51,566 nt of DNA. Origin: Botryllus schlosseri (taxonomy: Eukaryota). Below, piece after piece: positions 24,250-36,873 of the stretch. The notes beneath the pieces were generated by a model, which did no database searches, was not told the origin of the DNA, and saw only the letters and a list, made by a program, of their open reading frames with translations. Each line of letters opens with the position of its first letter. Within the stretch, counting starts at the first letter, position 1. The stretch covers positions 41,790,001-41,841,566 of the forward strand of contig CM119371.1 in assembly GCA_051294905.1 (NCBI GenBank), written 5' to 3'. The translations under genes were made by a program, and so were the position numbers.

Positions 24250-24872
24250 ACCTATATACCCTTTGGCGGGCGGGTATACCCTTTGGCGGGCGTGAAAGAA
24301 TCTGAAGGAGGGAACAAAGATGTAGTCAACTGAAAAATAATTTCGCGCTTTGCGCGATTTACCTGCAGTTCGTTGTTGTTGCTATGTGTTTAGCCCGAAT
24401 TTCAAATTGAAGAATTCTCTCATCAACCGGCATAACCATTAACCATCCATGCAATCAAACTATCCATTGGGTTTGTAGCATTCTGGTTTCATTTTGTGTT
24501 TTAACAATAAGGGGGCGCAAAATTTTTCACTATCGTAAAGGGGGGGGGGGCGTGTATAAAAAAATTTGAGAACCATTGGTCTAAATGGATTTTCAGCATT
24601 CGTTCATATCAAATCGAAGGTGCGGATTTTCAAGGCACGACCATGTATTTCAAGAAACGCAGTTGCAGAATTCGCTTAGAAATAATAAAATTCAACCCAA
24701 TTTCTACATGAATATGATGTCATTTTGAAGATAAGCTGTTTATCACTAGCCCTATCATTTGCACAAGACAAATGATGATTGTGCGAATATTTAGCTAAAT
24801 TTGATCTAAAACGTCGGGGGTCCGTGACGGCCCAAAAGGGGTCCGTGAAGACAAAAAGGTTGAGAACCACTG
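24250..24872. mobile_element. Two hAT-MITE right-end fragments inserted in the ISL2EU element
   Basis: Ends ...aaatttgagaaccattg (about 24578) and ...aaggttgagaaccactg (about 24872), both CA(G/A)TGGTTCTCAA-type termini. Confidence 0.6.
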
Positions 24873-25109
24873 CTCTAGGTAGTGATATGTTTTCTGTTCA
24901 GTCATCAAATCCAGTACAGTGATATTCCGGTTTATTATGGCGGCATCAATATTGAAGTGGGAGCAAGAAAATTCATGCAACACTAATAGTAATCAATCAT
25001 TATCACTAACCAAGTCTGCTTCAGCAAACACAAAATAATAAAAGCATCAAATGCTGTTATGTAGGACTATATCAAAGTATGTCTTTCCTAAATTTAAAAA
25101 TCATAAAGC

Positions 25110-26355
25110 AGATAAAGACTATTTCATTTTTCAAATGCAAGAGATTGTAAGGCAAGACATTTTGAATGTCCTTGCATAACCAATAACCCTTTCAAGGTGT
25201 ACATGTTTTGAAGGGATGGAGTAATCCTCTACCCGCTGTTCCTGAGAGAGCTGAGTCATGCCTTTCATCAAAGTAGGGGTGTTGATTTTCACATCGAATG
25301 GTGCAAACAAACCTTGCAGTAGGTATCCTTTATCAGCCATGATACTGTCGCCCTTTTCAAACATTGCTCTGGTTTCGGCCAGCAAATCAGATTGCTCAAT
25401 AATGCTGCGGTCACTATCGGATCCACCATAGCAGTCACTTATGAAGGAGACAGCACCCGTGGGTGCATTACCAATTATTACTTCCATGGTATTTCCATTC
25501 TTTCAAGTGGAGAATGTAACAGACTGTGCAGTGTGCATGGATATCAGATGGCTTCTCAATTGGGATTTCTGTAGAGTCAATAATTATCTCGTTGATGGAT
25601 ATAGTTTTTTAAATCATCTGGCATGAGATCCAATATTACTTGTTTTGAAGGCGAAATTAGTAATTTTGATAATAAACAGTACATATGCTTGATCCAAGCA
25701 AGCATTAATGATGCGGGAAGCTGTTGATTCTGAAACAATACCAAGCAGTTAATGATCAAGAGCTTGATTAGTGTCAGAAAAAACTTGCTCTTCATTTGAA
25801 CACAACGTACAGGTGTACTCCAATAGATGAACATCGTACATTGCAATGTCCTTTAAAAGCAGAAACTGTTTGATGTCATCAAATCCAGTACCAGTACCAT
25901 GCACTGCTTTCTTATCATCCTTGATATTTTCTAAGCTGAAAGCTGGCATTGAAGCACCTAGTTGGCACTGAATGCCCGTATTTTCGAGTCTGTTTGAAAT
26001 TTCTGGTCACTATGTGTTCCAGAATGAATTATTTCAGTAGGTTCTGGTGTAAATGGGTTCGAATTGTTTGTCTTCCTGACAGTTTTTAGTGGCGTTCTTT
26101 TATCATGCTGAAAGACTGATGGGACTGCCTCCTGTCTTTTAAGTTTCATGTTCGGCTCATATAATCACTTGGAAGAAAATGACCATAGCAAGCAATGTCT
26201 CTGCCCAATGTCTCTGTCCAAAGCTGTTTCGTTTTGGAGTTTGATCTATTAATTGCTTCTCTCCATTTCATCAGCTTCCCTGGTGACGTAGGAATCAAAT
26301 GATCACCAATCCGACTCGTGCAACCAGGTACACAGCAATATCGTGTCCTTTTATA
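25110..26355 (-). pseudogene. THAP + HTH + DDE_Tnp_4 transposase, decayed
   Basis: RYCCVPGC...KWREAINR...CYGHF...EAVPSVF (THAP); GNAPTGAVSFISDCYGGSDSD...GDSIMADKGY...HVHLERVIG (DDE). Confidence 0.92.
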
Positions 26356-26699
26356 ATGTAGATAGATTATAATACAGTCTATTAAAATGAAATATATATG
26401 TCACTCAGCTAATATTCAAACGTCACTCTCTGGAAATGAAATATCGGTACACGAAGCAACCTGACAATTCATAAATTGCACTGAACTCAATCATCAGTCG
26501 TAAATATGTTCAAACTCCGTACATACAAGACATTAATTCTGTTACCCGAATCCAACAGGCAGTGGCTGACCTGGTTTCTAGCGAATATAGCTGTAAGTTT
26601 TGTTTGTTTACTACGGACGATAGGGCGTGGTGTTGGCGCCCCAAGTGGTTTGTGAATGTCTCCCATTCCTGCATGGTAATATCAGTGTTGGGACGGAGT

Positions 26700-29300
26700 C
26701 GCTATACCTTCAAGCCAATTTAGACGATAGCAGCAATAAACTATTGGAAACAGGAAATGCCGAAACAAGACCCTCTTTACCACAAACATACCAGCCTCAA
26801 CTGACAAAAGTCCTGAAGAAAACGAAGTAATAAGGGACACGCCTATTTCACCTCATATCGTTGAAATAATAGGTTCAGATATAGAATATGACTCGGATGA
26901 ATACAAGCCACTGGACCCGTTGAATGAAACTGCAATTGAACAGGACTCTCTCATGTCGGAACCCAACAAACGACAGAGAGACCCAAACAGTAGTGAAGAA
27001 ACAATACCATACAAGATAAGTAAAAAAGAGTGTGAAGAAACAGAGCTGTCAGATCACTTGTCAAACTGCTCCAGCACACCGTCATAAATGAAGATTTCAA
27101 CCCTAAACGCAAACGGAATACAAAATAGACTTGAGGACATAGAAAACTACATTCAACGATCAAATAATAATAGAAATGGACCAGTGCCCTGTTGAAGTAA
27201 TCAATGTCTACGCCCCTTCCGGGAATACGCCAGCCGCCATAAAAAATAGAATCAAATTGTTAAACGCACTGGACATAGAGCTCGATAGAATCGACACCCC
27301 TATTGTAATTGGAGGCGACTTCAATTTTGTGACTGATCATAAAGATGTTAAAGCCAAACGAAAGTTTACTAGTACAAGCGAAGCTAAACAGTTTGAAAAG
27401 TCGATAGAAGATGCTGGTATGGTGGACATCTTCAGACATAAACGCCCCGGAGCATAAGAATATACCCATATAACGAAACATGGCGGAAGCAGAATCGATA
27501 GAATTTATATGACATATGAACTCATTGATCAGGTCGTACATGTGGGACATGAGAACAATTAAGTTGCCGACCATCTAAGCCCTACTGCAACCCTAGTCTT
27601 TGAAAAACAAACCAGGTGGCTTAGGCAGAATTGGAAATGTAACAACGACCTCCTGAAAGATGAAACTTACCGTGACATTATGAAAAACCTGATTGAAACA
27701 GAAAACTCCAAGACTGAATCATATGAATCAATTACCACCTGGTGGGATGCTCTAAAAACTAAAATTGGTAACGTTAGTAAAAGATACCAAATCCTAAGGG
27801 ACAAACAACCAGACCCATCCATACGATATGAGCGTGCAAAGGGGAAGCTAAAAATGCTAACCAGAATTGACACATTTGAAGGGGAAAAATGCTCCACAAG
27901 GCAGTTCTGGGCACAATTCAAAGGAAGAAAACGAAGAACTGACACAAAAGAACTGCGCACAAACGATGGCAAGATAATTAATAATCCTAATGACATAGCT
28001 AACCAGATCGAGGAACAACTGGTCAAGATATCAACCTTGAAAAAACAGAAATTCTCCCTCTCAACAACAAGTCGAGAGTAATCCTCCAAAATTCCCGACA
28101 CGCTGTACTAATGAAACCAACAATCAAGATTCTGGGAATCTACCATGGCGACTATGACGTTGAAAAGAACCATGATGAATTGATAAAAAAGCTGGAATCA
28201 AGTGCAAGGAACATCAAAGCAAAAAAACTGACATGGGTTGGAAAAATTCAGGCAATAAAAGCATACGTGCTATCCAAGATAACTTACGTCTATTACAATC
28301 TACAGATAACTGAAAAACAATCAAAGCAGATGGAAAGGATCCTATACAACATCCTATGGAGTCCTGAAAACCTGGAACAAAAATCAAGGAACACACTGAT
28401 AAGGCCAAAAGAATATGGAGGAATAGGAATGCCTCACATAACGACAACGATCAACGCCAGAAATGCAAAGCGCCTACAGGAAATAGCAAAACTCAAAACA
28501 CCCGAGGAAATATGGCATGCCGAGGCCATTCACAATCTGGGGACCAAGGTGTGGTCAATAAATAAATCACTCTACAACAACCTCTTTCCTCACAGACAAA
28601 TGCCAACACGCAAATGGGCCGAGGAGAAACGCATATACGACTCACTCGAAAACGAAGAGACGCCAACCTACGACCTGACTCAAAAAGAGATATATGCTTC
28701 ACTAATACGAAGAAAAACGAAACACGGTGATCAAGAAGACACATGCTGGAAAGAAATATGGCTCTACAACGACACCATCAAGCACAACATAACCAATCAC
28801 CAAAGAGTAATATCATATCGTATTAACAATGAAGCATATTTTACAGGCGCAAGAAAGAACGAAGCGAAATGGACGAGGAGGAAAAATGCAGAACTAAAAA
28901 ACAACTGCAAATTCTGCAAAAGCAGCCATGAAACCCTATATCATATCTTCACGACATGCCCAATTTACAAAAATTTATTCTACCTTGTCAGATCCGACCT
29001 CGAGGACTCCCTGCAAACCGACATCAACGCTTCTACGGAAGAAATCCTCAAAAACACCTACGAGGGGCCGTACAAACTCATCGCGATTACAACCTTCATG
29101 AAAATGAAATGCGAATTATGGGAATGGAAAGAAACGCTTGATATTAAAAATGAATATGCCGATGATATCAACTCAAAAACCGACGAAATCAGAAGAAAAT
29201 TACACAAACCAGTAAGAAGACAATGGGATAGAGGGTGAAAGGGCGTGAAGCGAACGCGAAGCAGACCTGATGAAAAATTGAAATCGACCACGCTCGCACA
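26700..29300 (+). mobile_element. L1/Tx1-clade LINE remnant lacking the RT core
   Basis: ORF2 start MKISTLNANGI at 27088; VINVYAPSG, IVIGGDFN, SRIDRIY and DH (APE), followed by IKILGI...KEYGGIGMP...CKFCKSSHETLYHIFTTC. No QG/YADD motifs lie between them. Outer limits are approximate. Confidence 0.88.
28111..29238 (+). CDS. L1/Tx1 ORF2 C-terminal region (thumb + CCHC zinc finger), 375-aa open frame
   Basis: KILGI, LSKITY, L.RPKEYGGIG.P and Cx2Cx7-8Hx4C. Confidence 0.8.
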   Translation: MKPTIKILGIYHGDYDVEKNHDELIKKLESSARNIKAKKLTWVGKIQAIKAYVLSKITYVYYNLQITEKQSKQMERILYNILWSPENLEQKSRNTLIRPKEYGGIGMPHITTTINARNAKRLQEIAKLKTPEEIWHAEAIHNLGTKVWSINKSLYNNLFPHRQMPTRKWAEEKRIYDSLENEETPTYDLTQKEIYASLIRRKTKHGDQEDTCWKEIWLYNDTIKHNITNHQRVISYRINNEAYFTGARKNEAKWTRRKNAELKNNCKFCKSSHETLYHIFTTCPIYKNLFYLVRSDLEDSLQTDINASTEEILKNTYEGPYKLIAITTFMKMKCELWEWKETLDIKNEYADDINSKTDEIRRKLHKPVRRQWDRG

Positions 29301-29334
29301 AACGCTAAGCCTGAAATAATATGCATAACGTCAA

Positions 29335-29660
29335 CGAAGAACAACTACCATATGATCAGGACTGAATACAAGAAAACGCATTGCTCTATCAAGTATGCCG
29401 GACCCCAATTGTGGAACAGCATCTCGCCGGCTATCCGTCAGTCGTCGAGCATGTCCGCATTCAAGTCGAAATACAAGCAATTTCTTCTAAATCAACACTA
29501 GCTAGTCTTCAGGATTACCGGACCACGACCTAACATCGACCTCGCCCTCCGCCACATGCCACCCCATTTTGTCGCTTGCGTCTTATATTTCTCTGCATTA
29601 CTTTTCATTCAGTGTGCATGCCTCTTATTTACTTCGCCTAGGCTAAGGTGGGTGTCTGAT
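29335..29660 (+). mobile_element. Short CR1/L2 3' fragment
   Basis: SIKYAGPQLWNSISPAIRQSSSMSAFKSKYKQFLLNQH* (stop about 29501) followed by UTR-like sequence. Confidence 0.8.
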
Positions 29661-29661
29661 C

Positions 29662-29700
29662 TTAACCCTTTCGCCGCGGGTGGATCCTATAGGATCCATG
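29662..29700. mobile_element. piggyBac-like terminus
   Basis: TTAA followed by CCCTTT and the palindrome tggatcctataggatcca. No clearly matching partner end. Confidence 0.45.
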
Positions 29701-30960
29701 CACAGTTTTTCACAAACACGCTTCAATCAATTAACGACATCTGGCGTTGTAGGGGTCGTAAACGGTTACAATGATCGTCTAGAAATAGCGATTGTCGATA
29801 CGCATACGACCAGCTATATATAAACCATTGCCTTATGGCATAACCTGTTCAAAATGCAGATTGAATACAGAAAAACGTTTCCCGCAAAATACAATGTGTA
29901 GCTCAGTTCGCCTGAATGAACGCTAATCTTATAATTCCTTACATCTTCCGTTCTACACGTCGTAAGCAGACACAGTTGTCGTTTTAGAGTAGCTGTTGAT
30001 CGCAAGAGTTCATTTCAACCATAATATCGGCAATTAGTTGGATAGAACACGCTTCAAATTGGTGAGAAATATAGCAATGTTCTGTTACGTGAAAAATGCC
30101 GCGCACGTATGAGCATTGGCACATAAGGCCATATACATTCACTTACGATTGTCTTACACAGTTGAATGTCACACACATAGTTAGATGCAGTCCATAACAC
30201 TTCAACAAGATCAGTATCACGAAGGTTGATCGTATATAAGTTACGCGAAGCCAGTGCTAACCACTGCAGACATGGGTGTGGAAGTTGGCGCGAGTGTACG
30301 GTATTCGCGCCTGTAATACCAACATCATACAGACAGTTGAATCATCCGTTTTATATATGTTATCCTTGAGCAGTGTAGTTTGTCAGTATTCCACTTATGA
30401 TTGAAATATATTGTATTGTGCCAAACGTAAATATATCGTTTTACTTGAATATATATGCCGCGATGCGCATGCGATACACAATAAACCATATTGACGGCAT
30501 AGCTGTGCCTGAGGAAGCATGGAGGAGTTGCAGGTTATCACTACCTGTCAATTCAACCACCATGGATTTATCTGTTGTTGTTCAAAGAGCAAGGTTTATT
30601 TCAACGCATAGCAATAAATCGTACAACTGATTGATAGTCAATTACCGATTATATACAATGATATTGTGACGGCCAGACTATCAAAACAACGCGCGCCGCG
30701 TGTGTGAGCCTCGTTTGCAAGATGCGCGACGTTGAGCACGTGTTACATAAACGGCCTTCACACTCGACTGTGTTACGGTATGAAGCTCACTCAGGACATT
30801 TTAGAAAGGTGATATTGCTGTGAAATCAGTCAGGCGATGATTTCACCCCGAGAGCGTCTATGTATGACGTAGTGGCAAATTCAGTAACAAAATTCTCTTC
30901 TAATTTTTCAAAACCTGAAACACTTCTTCTGATAGCGCTTTCAGCTCTCCCAGCTGATCA

Positions 30961-31218
30961 ATCCGAGTAGCTCAGTTGGTTAGGCAGCTGTTTCCTGCTT
31001 ACTACGATATTTTGGGTATTGGTTCAAGTCCCACTGTTCGGATTTTATGATCTTTTTCGTGAGAGCGGTAAAATTTGGACTCGAGGCCGACCGCGGAGAT
31101 AGGGTTAATGGCTACTCCAAGTTGTTTCGACACCCTCCTATCTTTTCATTGTATCGCAGTCTTGTGATGTTTTGAAACGATGAAAATATTAATAAACCTG
31201 ACTGACTGACTGACTGAC
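30961..31218 (+). mobile_element. tRNA-derived SINE
   Basis: A box tagctcagttgg, B box ggttcaagtcc, acceptor-like pairing atccga/tcggat, then AATAAA and a (CTGA)5 tail. Confidence 0.8.
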
Positions 31219-31415
31219 GCAATATTTAAGCGATTTTGCACTTGACCAGTTCCCGTAGAACCTATAATACTCAAGGCATTTTTATTTTGACATTTATCCT
31301 GAAATCAACCGTAAAAAAATGAACTTTTCAGAAAATATACTTACTGACCTGGCCACCCTAAACGAAAGATGAATGACATCTTATGCAACATCAACACCCC
31401 ATGCTTACCTGTATT

Positions 31416-31947
31416 TAGGGCTGGGCAAAATCGAGTACCTGAGTGATTCGATTCTGAATCACGTAAAATGCTTCGAGTCGAGTCGAGTATTCGAGTATCA
31501 CTCATTATAGTCATTATGATGTCACAACAGAATGTACTATGCCAAAGTTCAAATATCTACCTTTTATGCCACCACGCAGAACATAATGCCTGCGACCCGT
31601 CACATTAAATATACTTTGGTAATTTTTCGACCATACCGACTTCATTGCCCTTCTTGCCTTCTTGACAATGTCGTGGAACGATCATGACTTCGGAAATGTG
31701 TTATTTCCAGTCACAATCGTAGCTTTGTACTATGTCTATTATGCTACGACGCGGCCAATCAAGGTTTCAAGGCTTCCTCAGTGGAAAATATTATCAAAAA
31801 TAGAATTCTCGTTAGTTAATTAACTTTCAGTTGCGAGGAGCGTATAATTTCAGTACTCGAAAAAATCGTCTTTTACTACTCGACTCGAATCATTAAAATT
31901 AATACTCGATTCAGATTCGAGTACTCGAATCATTGTGCCCAGCCCTA
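31416..31947. mobile_element. hAT MITE with 8-bp TSD
   Basis: TIR tagggctgggca / tgcccagcccta. TSD cctgtatt at 31408-31415 and 31948-31955. tcgagt subterminal repeats. Confidence 0.93.
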
Positions 31948-33089
31948 CCTGTATTGCCCTATTCTACTATGCATTTCTTTTATATTTATGTGTGTATTAC
32001 ATGTTGAAATAAAATCACTGAAAAAAAAAAATGCCGAATATTTAAGGGAGAAAATGTCGGGTGGGTGTGGGTATTTTGGGAAGTTGAATGGTAGAGGGGC
32101 AAAGTGAATGGCTCAAAGAGAATTGGAAGGAAATCCTGAAAATCTTTGATGTTCCAAACGGTGATAAATCACACAGAATACCGTACAAGTCGACTTGTTA
32201 TGTTCTGGCAGAATTTCCGAGTATATTTCCCACTCGGAATATATCTGGAAATTTCAGGCATGGGTATTTTCAGCCGAACTCTTCATGTAAGATCGGCGGT
32301 ATTCGAAAATTTTCATGCCCTATACCTTCAAATTAGGTATCATATAAATCAGAAGATAGCAGGCTTTCCATAGAAACCAAAAGCAGTCCGCTACGACATA
32401 TATCTATAGAGAAATTAAGAGATGAACTTGAACTTAGGAAACCATTGACCCCCCCCTCATTTAAAGGGTTAAAGGTCAACTGCATCTTCATAGACAACTT
32501 TGCGGAATCATGTTCAGAATTTTTTTTCATACCGAAATGGCCGACTTTCCGTATTTCAAACTAATCGGAAATTGCCGTAATTTGGACCGAAAGTCACAAT
32601 ATTGGTATGTTTACAGAAAAAGCGGAATGTTCATTGTGACGTCATGTAGTTGACATCTCTTCTGGCCGCTGCAGATGTATGCTATAGGGTTGGCGGTCTT
32701 GCAGTAGCAGGGCGCTTATTTTAGTTAGTTATGGCGGAGGTTTCGCTTGTAATGGATTCACCAGGCGAGTTCGAGTACTCAGATGTCGAATGTAAGTATG
32801 CTTTTTCCTTTCACTTACGAAAGTGATGTTGAAACGAGGACACGTTTCAAGTGTTGATGTGCTCGATCCCATATCAGTGGAACTTATTGCTGCTCCGAAA
32901 ACGAGGGGTCGTTTGAGTATGATTATTGATGACTAACCTAAGGATGTTAGTGACATATAGTATGATCAGCCTAGCTTGTTCAGCTTAAGCCGCTTGTCTA
33001 GACCAAATGAAATACACCGATATGTGTAATTTGGTGGAGTACCTCCTTCCAGTTATTAATTTTATGGTATTATCAATTACAGTTGAGAG

Positions 33090-33205
33090 GATGGAGGTTG
33101 CCAACTTATGCAAACTATCAGGGGAGAGTTGAAGTGCTGCAAACAGGTCCCTCGAGCAACGAATGAATTATTAGTGCATCACAGCATTATCAGGATTTCA
33201 ATCAA
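33090..33205 (+). pseudogene. KolX / P2X7 C-terminal-like Cys-rich domain remnant
   Basis: GGCQLMQTIRGELKCCKQV followed by a frameshifted CITALSGF matches C..M.T..E..CC....CIT...GF. Possible first exon at 32731-32791 with a gtaagt donor. Confidence 0.65.
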
Positions 33206-34804
33206 GAGTATGTATTGGAGATTGTCTCGCTATATAGATATCAACAGGAATATTGTCATATAATTATAACATCCAGTTTGATGCATGAGCGAATGAGTCT
33301 CATTCACATGAAATGTTGAGTCGGGTGCCAAATAATTACCCGTCAGTAACACAACAATTACGCTTTTCAGGAAGCTGAGAAAAATTGTACACGGAAATTT
33401 TGTTTGCTGGCCACTGGGATTCTGCAACAAAAGCCAACGAAAAATCCGGTCTGCGCATTCAATCAAATCCAAAGGATTTCAATTTTACATTGCTTCGTGA
33501 AGGAATAGTTGTATTGAAAATAATAAATGCAACATAACCAATCCATCAACAGTACTACTGTGTCAGGGAGAGAAATATAGAGTTTTGTGTCCAGCAATAG
33601 CTTCATTCAACTAATTTTGACGATGCCGTTAGTCGAATGAGGATGAATCATCACAATAGACTTGGTCGACTTGGCCGTTTCTGGTCTTGCTTTAATGCAT
33701 GCGTCAACTTCATCATTGCAGGAGTAAAAATATCACTGAGTTTTATAACAAAGTCGAATCGAAGGCAGTAGGCCTATACCAAATGCTGTTCGGAAGTATC
33801 ATAAAAATGAAGGATTGCCAACTGCATCCTACCTAACTTTACGACTATTATGATGATAGTGATAAGTTTTCACCTTTTACTGAGCGGTCAATATTGATAG
33901 GTTCAGTCACAGATATCTGACACTCCTCATTCAATAACTGAAGTAACTAATATGATTACATGACCGCACATGTACAGTACACAAAAAGAAGTGTATTTTC
34001 AAAAGTAATAGCAACTCTCCCATTAGGAGGTCAGCGATATATAACCATTATACGTCATGAAGTCAGCAGGTTATGAACTCCCTTTATAGTAACTAATGCA
34101 TTTATAGATCTTTTTTTCTTAATTGATTTTCAAGTGTTTTTATTTCAGACTACGTACACTTCTACTTACAAGTTTTTCAAGGCATACATATTTCAGTTAT
34201 TTGCACATGCACGTGAGTGTAAACAATAATAATACTTCGATGACTACCATACCTCAGTCAATACTACTATAAGCGGTTAGTTACACTCTTACAAAACTAT
34301 AGCTGACACAGTACATTTTCACTTACCGATTTCGGACACTTTGTATAGCTTTATATAGAAGTGCGTTCCTCTGACATTACCACAATTTCACTGGTGCGTG
34401 GAAATAAAGTATGAACGGCACTACTGCAGTACGTCGGCAAGAGTTGCCCGTGTTCAGTAGTCAGTTTTCTTGCGCGTTGCGTATCTCGGATACTTCATTG
34501 AAGCAAGATACTTGTTAGTGATTCGCATTTGAAAATGACTCTGCCTTTGGTTGTCTATAAGTCCGCACTTTTGGTCTTAATGGCGTCCGGTCGCCTGTCG
34601 GTATATGGATGGGTTTTGGCAGCGATGTCAATGCATTGTAGGTACGGCATATTGCGTATTGGACCAACCATACGCGACATAACATCTGACTCTATGAATT
34701 ATCTCCTTCACAGCTTTCATGATCCCACTCAAAGACCCAAATCCACAGCAAATCTAAGCAATAATCCCATCTAACAGCCAACAGAAATAACAAGGACTTT
34801 TGTT

Positions 34805-36775
34805 ACTGCTGTCATCTGGGCCGAATACTTGTATGAAATTTCCAAAGCGGAAAAAAGATATGACCTACCATTATCATTTTTAACGAATTACCTCCGGGAG
34901 GATGAGTTAATACCTCTTCTGGATTCAATAGTGGTATAAATTACATACCAATATGAGATAGCTTATTTCCAGCTGCATAAGTACCAGTAAATGTCCACCA
35001 AAATTTCTGTGATGTGATCGCATTCGCAACAATACACCATTGCTTCGATCAATTTGACCCTGTCAATATATCTTATCGGTAGGGTAACTTATACTTTGTT
35101 CCGGAAGATAAGTTATACCTTTTCTGAATCTAATAGTCATCTATTTTACACCCACACTAGAGACAACTCATTTCAAGGTACACAAGTTACTCTAAAATCC
35201 ACCTAAATATGTCGTATTATCGCTACAAAGGCCAATTACCATTCGTTTCACGCAACTCGACCATGCCAATATATGTTATCGGTAGGGCAACTTAAACTTT
35301 GTTCCGGGAGATGAATTATAACTTTTCTGAATCTAATAGTCATCTATGTTACACCCAGACTAGAGACAACTCATTTCGAGGTACACAAGTTACTCTGAAA
35401 TCCACATAAATATGTCGTATTATCGCTACAGAGGCCAATTCACATTCATTTCACGCAATTTGTCCATGCCAATATATGTTATCGGTAGGGTAACTTAAAC
35501 TTTGTTCCGGGAGATGAATTATACCTTTTCTGAATCTAATAGTCATCTATTTTACACCCAGACTAGAGACAACTCATTTCGAGGTACACAAGCTACTCTA
35601 AAATCCACCTAAAAATGTCGTATTATCGCTGCAAAGGCCAATTAACATTCGTTTCACGCAACTCGACCATGCCAATATATGTTATCGGTAGGGTAACTTA
35701 TACTTTGTTCCGGAAGATGAGTTATACCTTTTCTGAATCTCATAGTCGTCTACTTTACACCCAAACTGGACAGAACGTATTTTGAGGTACACAAGTAACC
35801 CTAAAATCCAACTGAATACGTCGGATCTGATCGCTACAAAGGGCAATGCACAATCGCTTCACGCAATTTGACTATATGAATATATCCTATCAGTAGGGTG
35901 ACTTATACTTTATTCCGAAAGATAAGTTATACCTATTCTGAATCTAGTACCCATATATTTTACGCCCAGACTGCGGACAAGTCATTTCGAGGTACACAAC
36001 CCTTTGCAAAATTCAACTAAATAAGTGTGATATGATCGCATTTTGCGACAAACCACAATTGCTTCACACGATTTGACCATGTCAATATATCCTACCGGTA
36101 GGGTAACTTAAACTTTGTTCCGGGAGATGAATTATACCTTTTCTGAATCTAATAGTCATCTATTTTATACCCAGACTAGAGACAACTCCTTTCGAGGTAC
36201 ATAAGTTACTCTAAAATCCACCTGAATGTGTCGTATTATCGCTACAGAGGCCAATTCACATTCATTTCACGCAATTTGTCCATGCCAATATATGTTATCG
36301 GTAGGGTAACTTAAACTTTGTTCCGGGAGATGAATTATACCTTTTCTGAATCTAATAGTCATCTATTTTACACCCAGACTAGAGACAACTCATTTCGAGG
36401 TACACAAGCTACTCTAAAATCCACCTAAAAATGTCGTATTATCGCTGCAAAGGCCAATTAACATTCGTTTCACGCAACTCGACCATGCCAATATATGTTA
36501 TCGGTAGGGTAACTTATACTTTGTTCCGGAAGATGAGTTATACCTTTTCTGAATCTCATAGTCGTCTACTTTACACCCAAACGGGAGAGAACTTATTTTG
36601 AGGTACACAAGTAACCCTAAAATCTACCTAAATATGTCGGATGTGATCGCCACAGAAGGCAATTCACAGCGTTTCATGGAATTTGACCATATCTACATAT
36701 CTTATCGGTAGGGTAAGTTTAACTTTGTTCCGGAAGATGAGTTATACCTTTTCTGATTGCAATCGTCATTTACTT
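34805..36775 (+). repeat. Left arm: ~204-bp tandem units
   Basis: The ggtagggtaactt anchor recurs near 35078, 35281, 35484, 35687, 35892, 36097, 36300, 36503 and 36707. Confidence 0.95.
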
Positions 36776-36873
36776 TCAATAAAAACAATAGTTATGAGTG
36801 ATGACCGATGTTCAGGTGTGAAAACAATAATTTTTATTATCAACGAAAATGAAAGAATGGGCGATTGATTTTT

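Larger units (their letters stand above)
23688..26664. mobile_element. ISL2EU (PIF/Harbinger-related) DNA transposon, internally deleted
   Basis: TIR gggagacattca...cacttgg.ggcgccaa at 23688 and its reverse complement ending at 26664. AT flanks on both sides. Contains convergent YqaJ and THAP-DDE remnants. Confidence 0.88.

Noticed and set aside
30961..31043. Functional tRNA gene
   Set aside because: No clean anticodon arm, and it continues into a SINE body and tail.
29662..32472. One piggyBac element spanning the two TTAA-CCCTTT ends
   Set aside because: The ends share only CCCTTT and a GGG, and no transposase remnant was recognised between them.
33230..34530. Kolobok transposase exons on the minus strand (e.g. 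SAVHTLFP)
   Set aside because: Too degenerate to assign by eye; needs a profile search.
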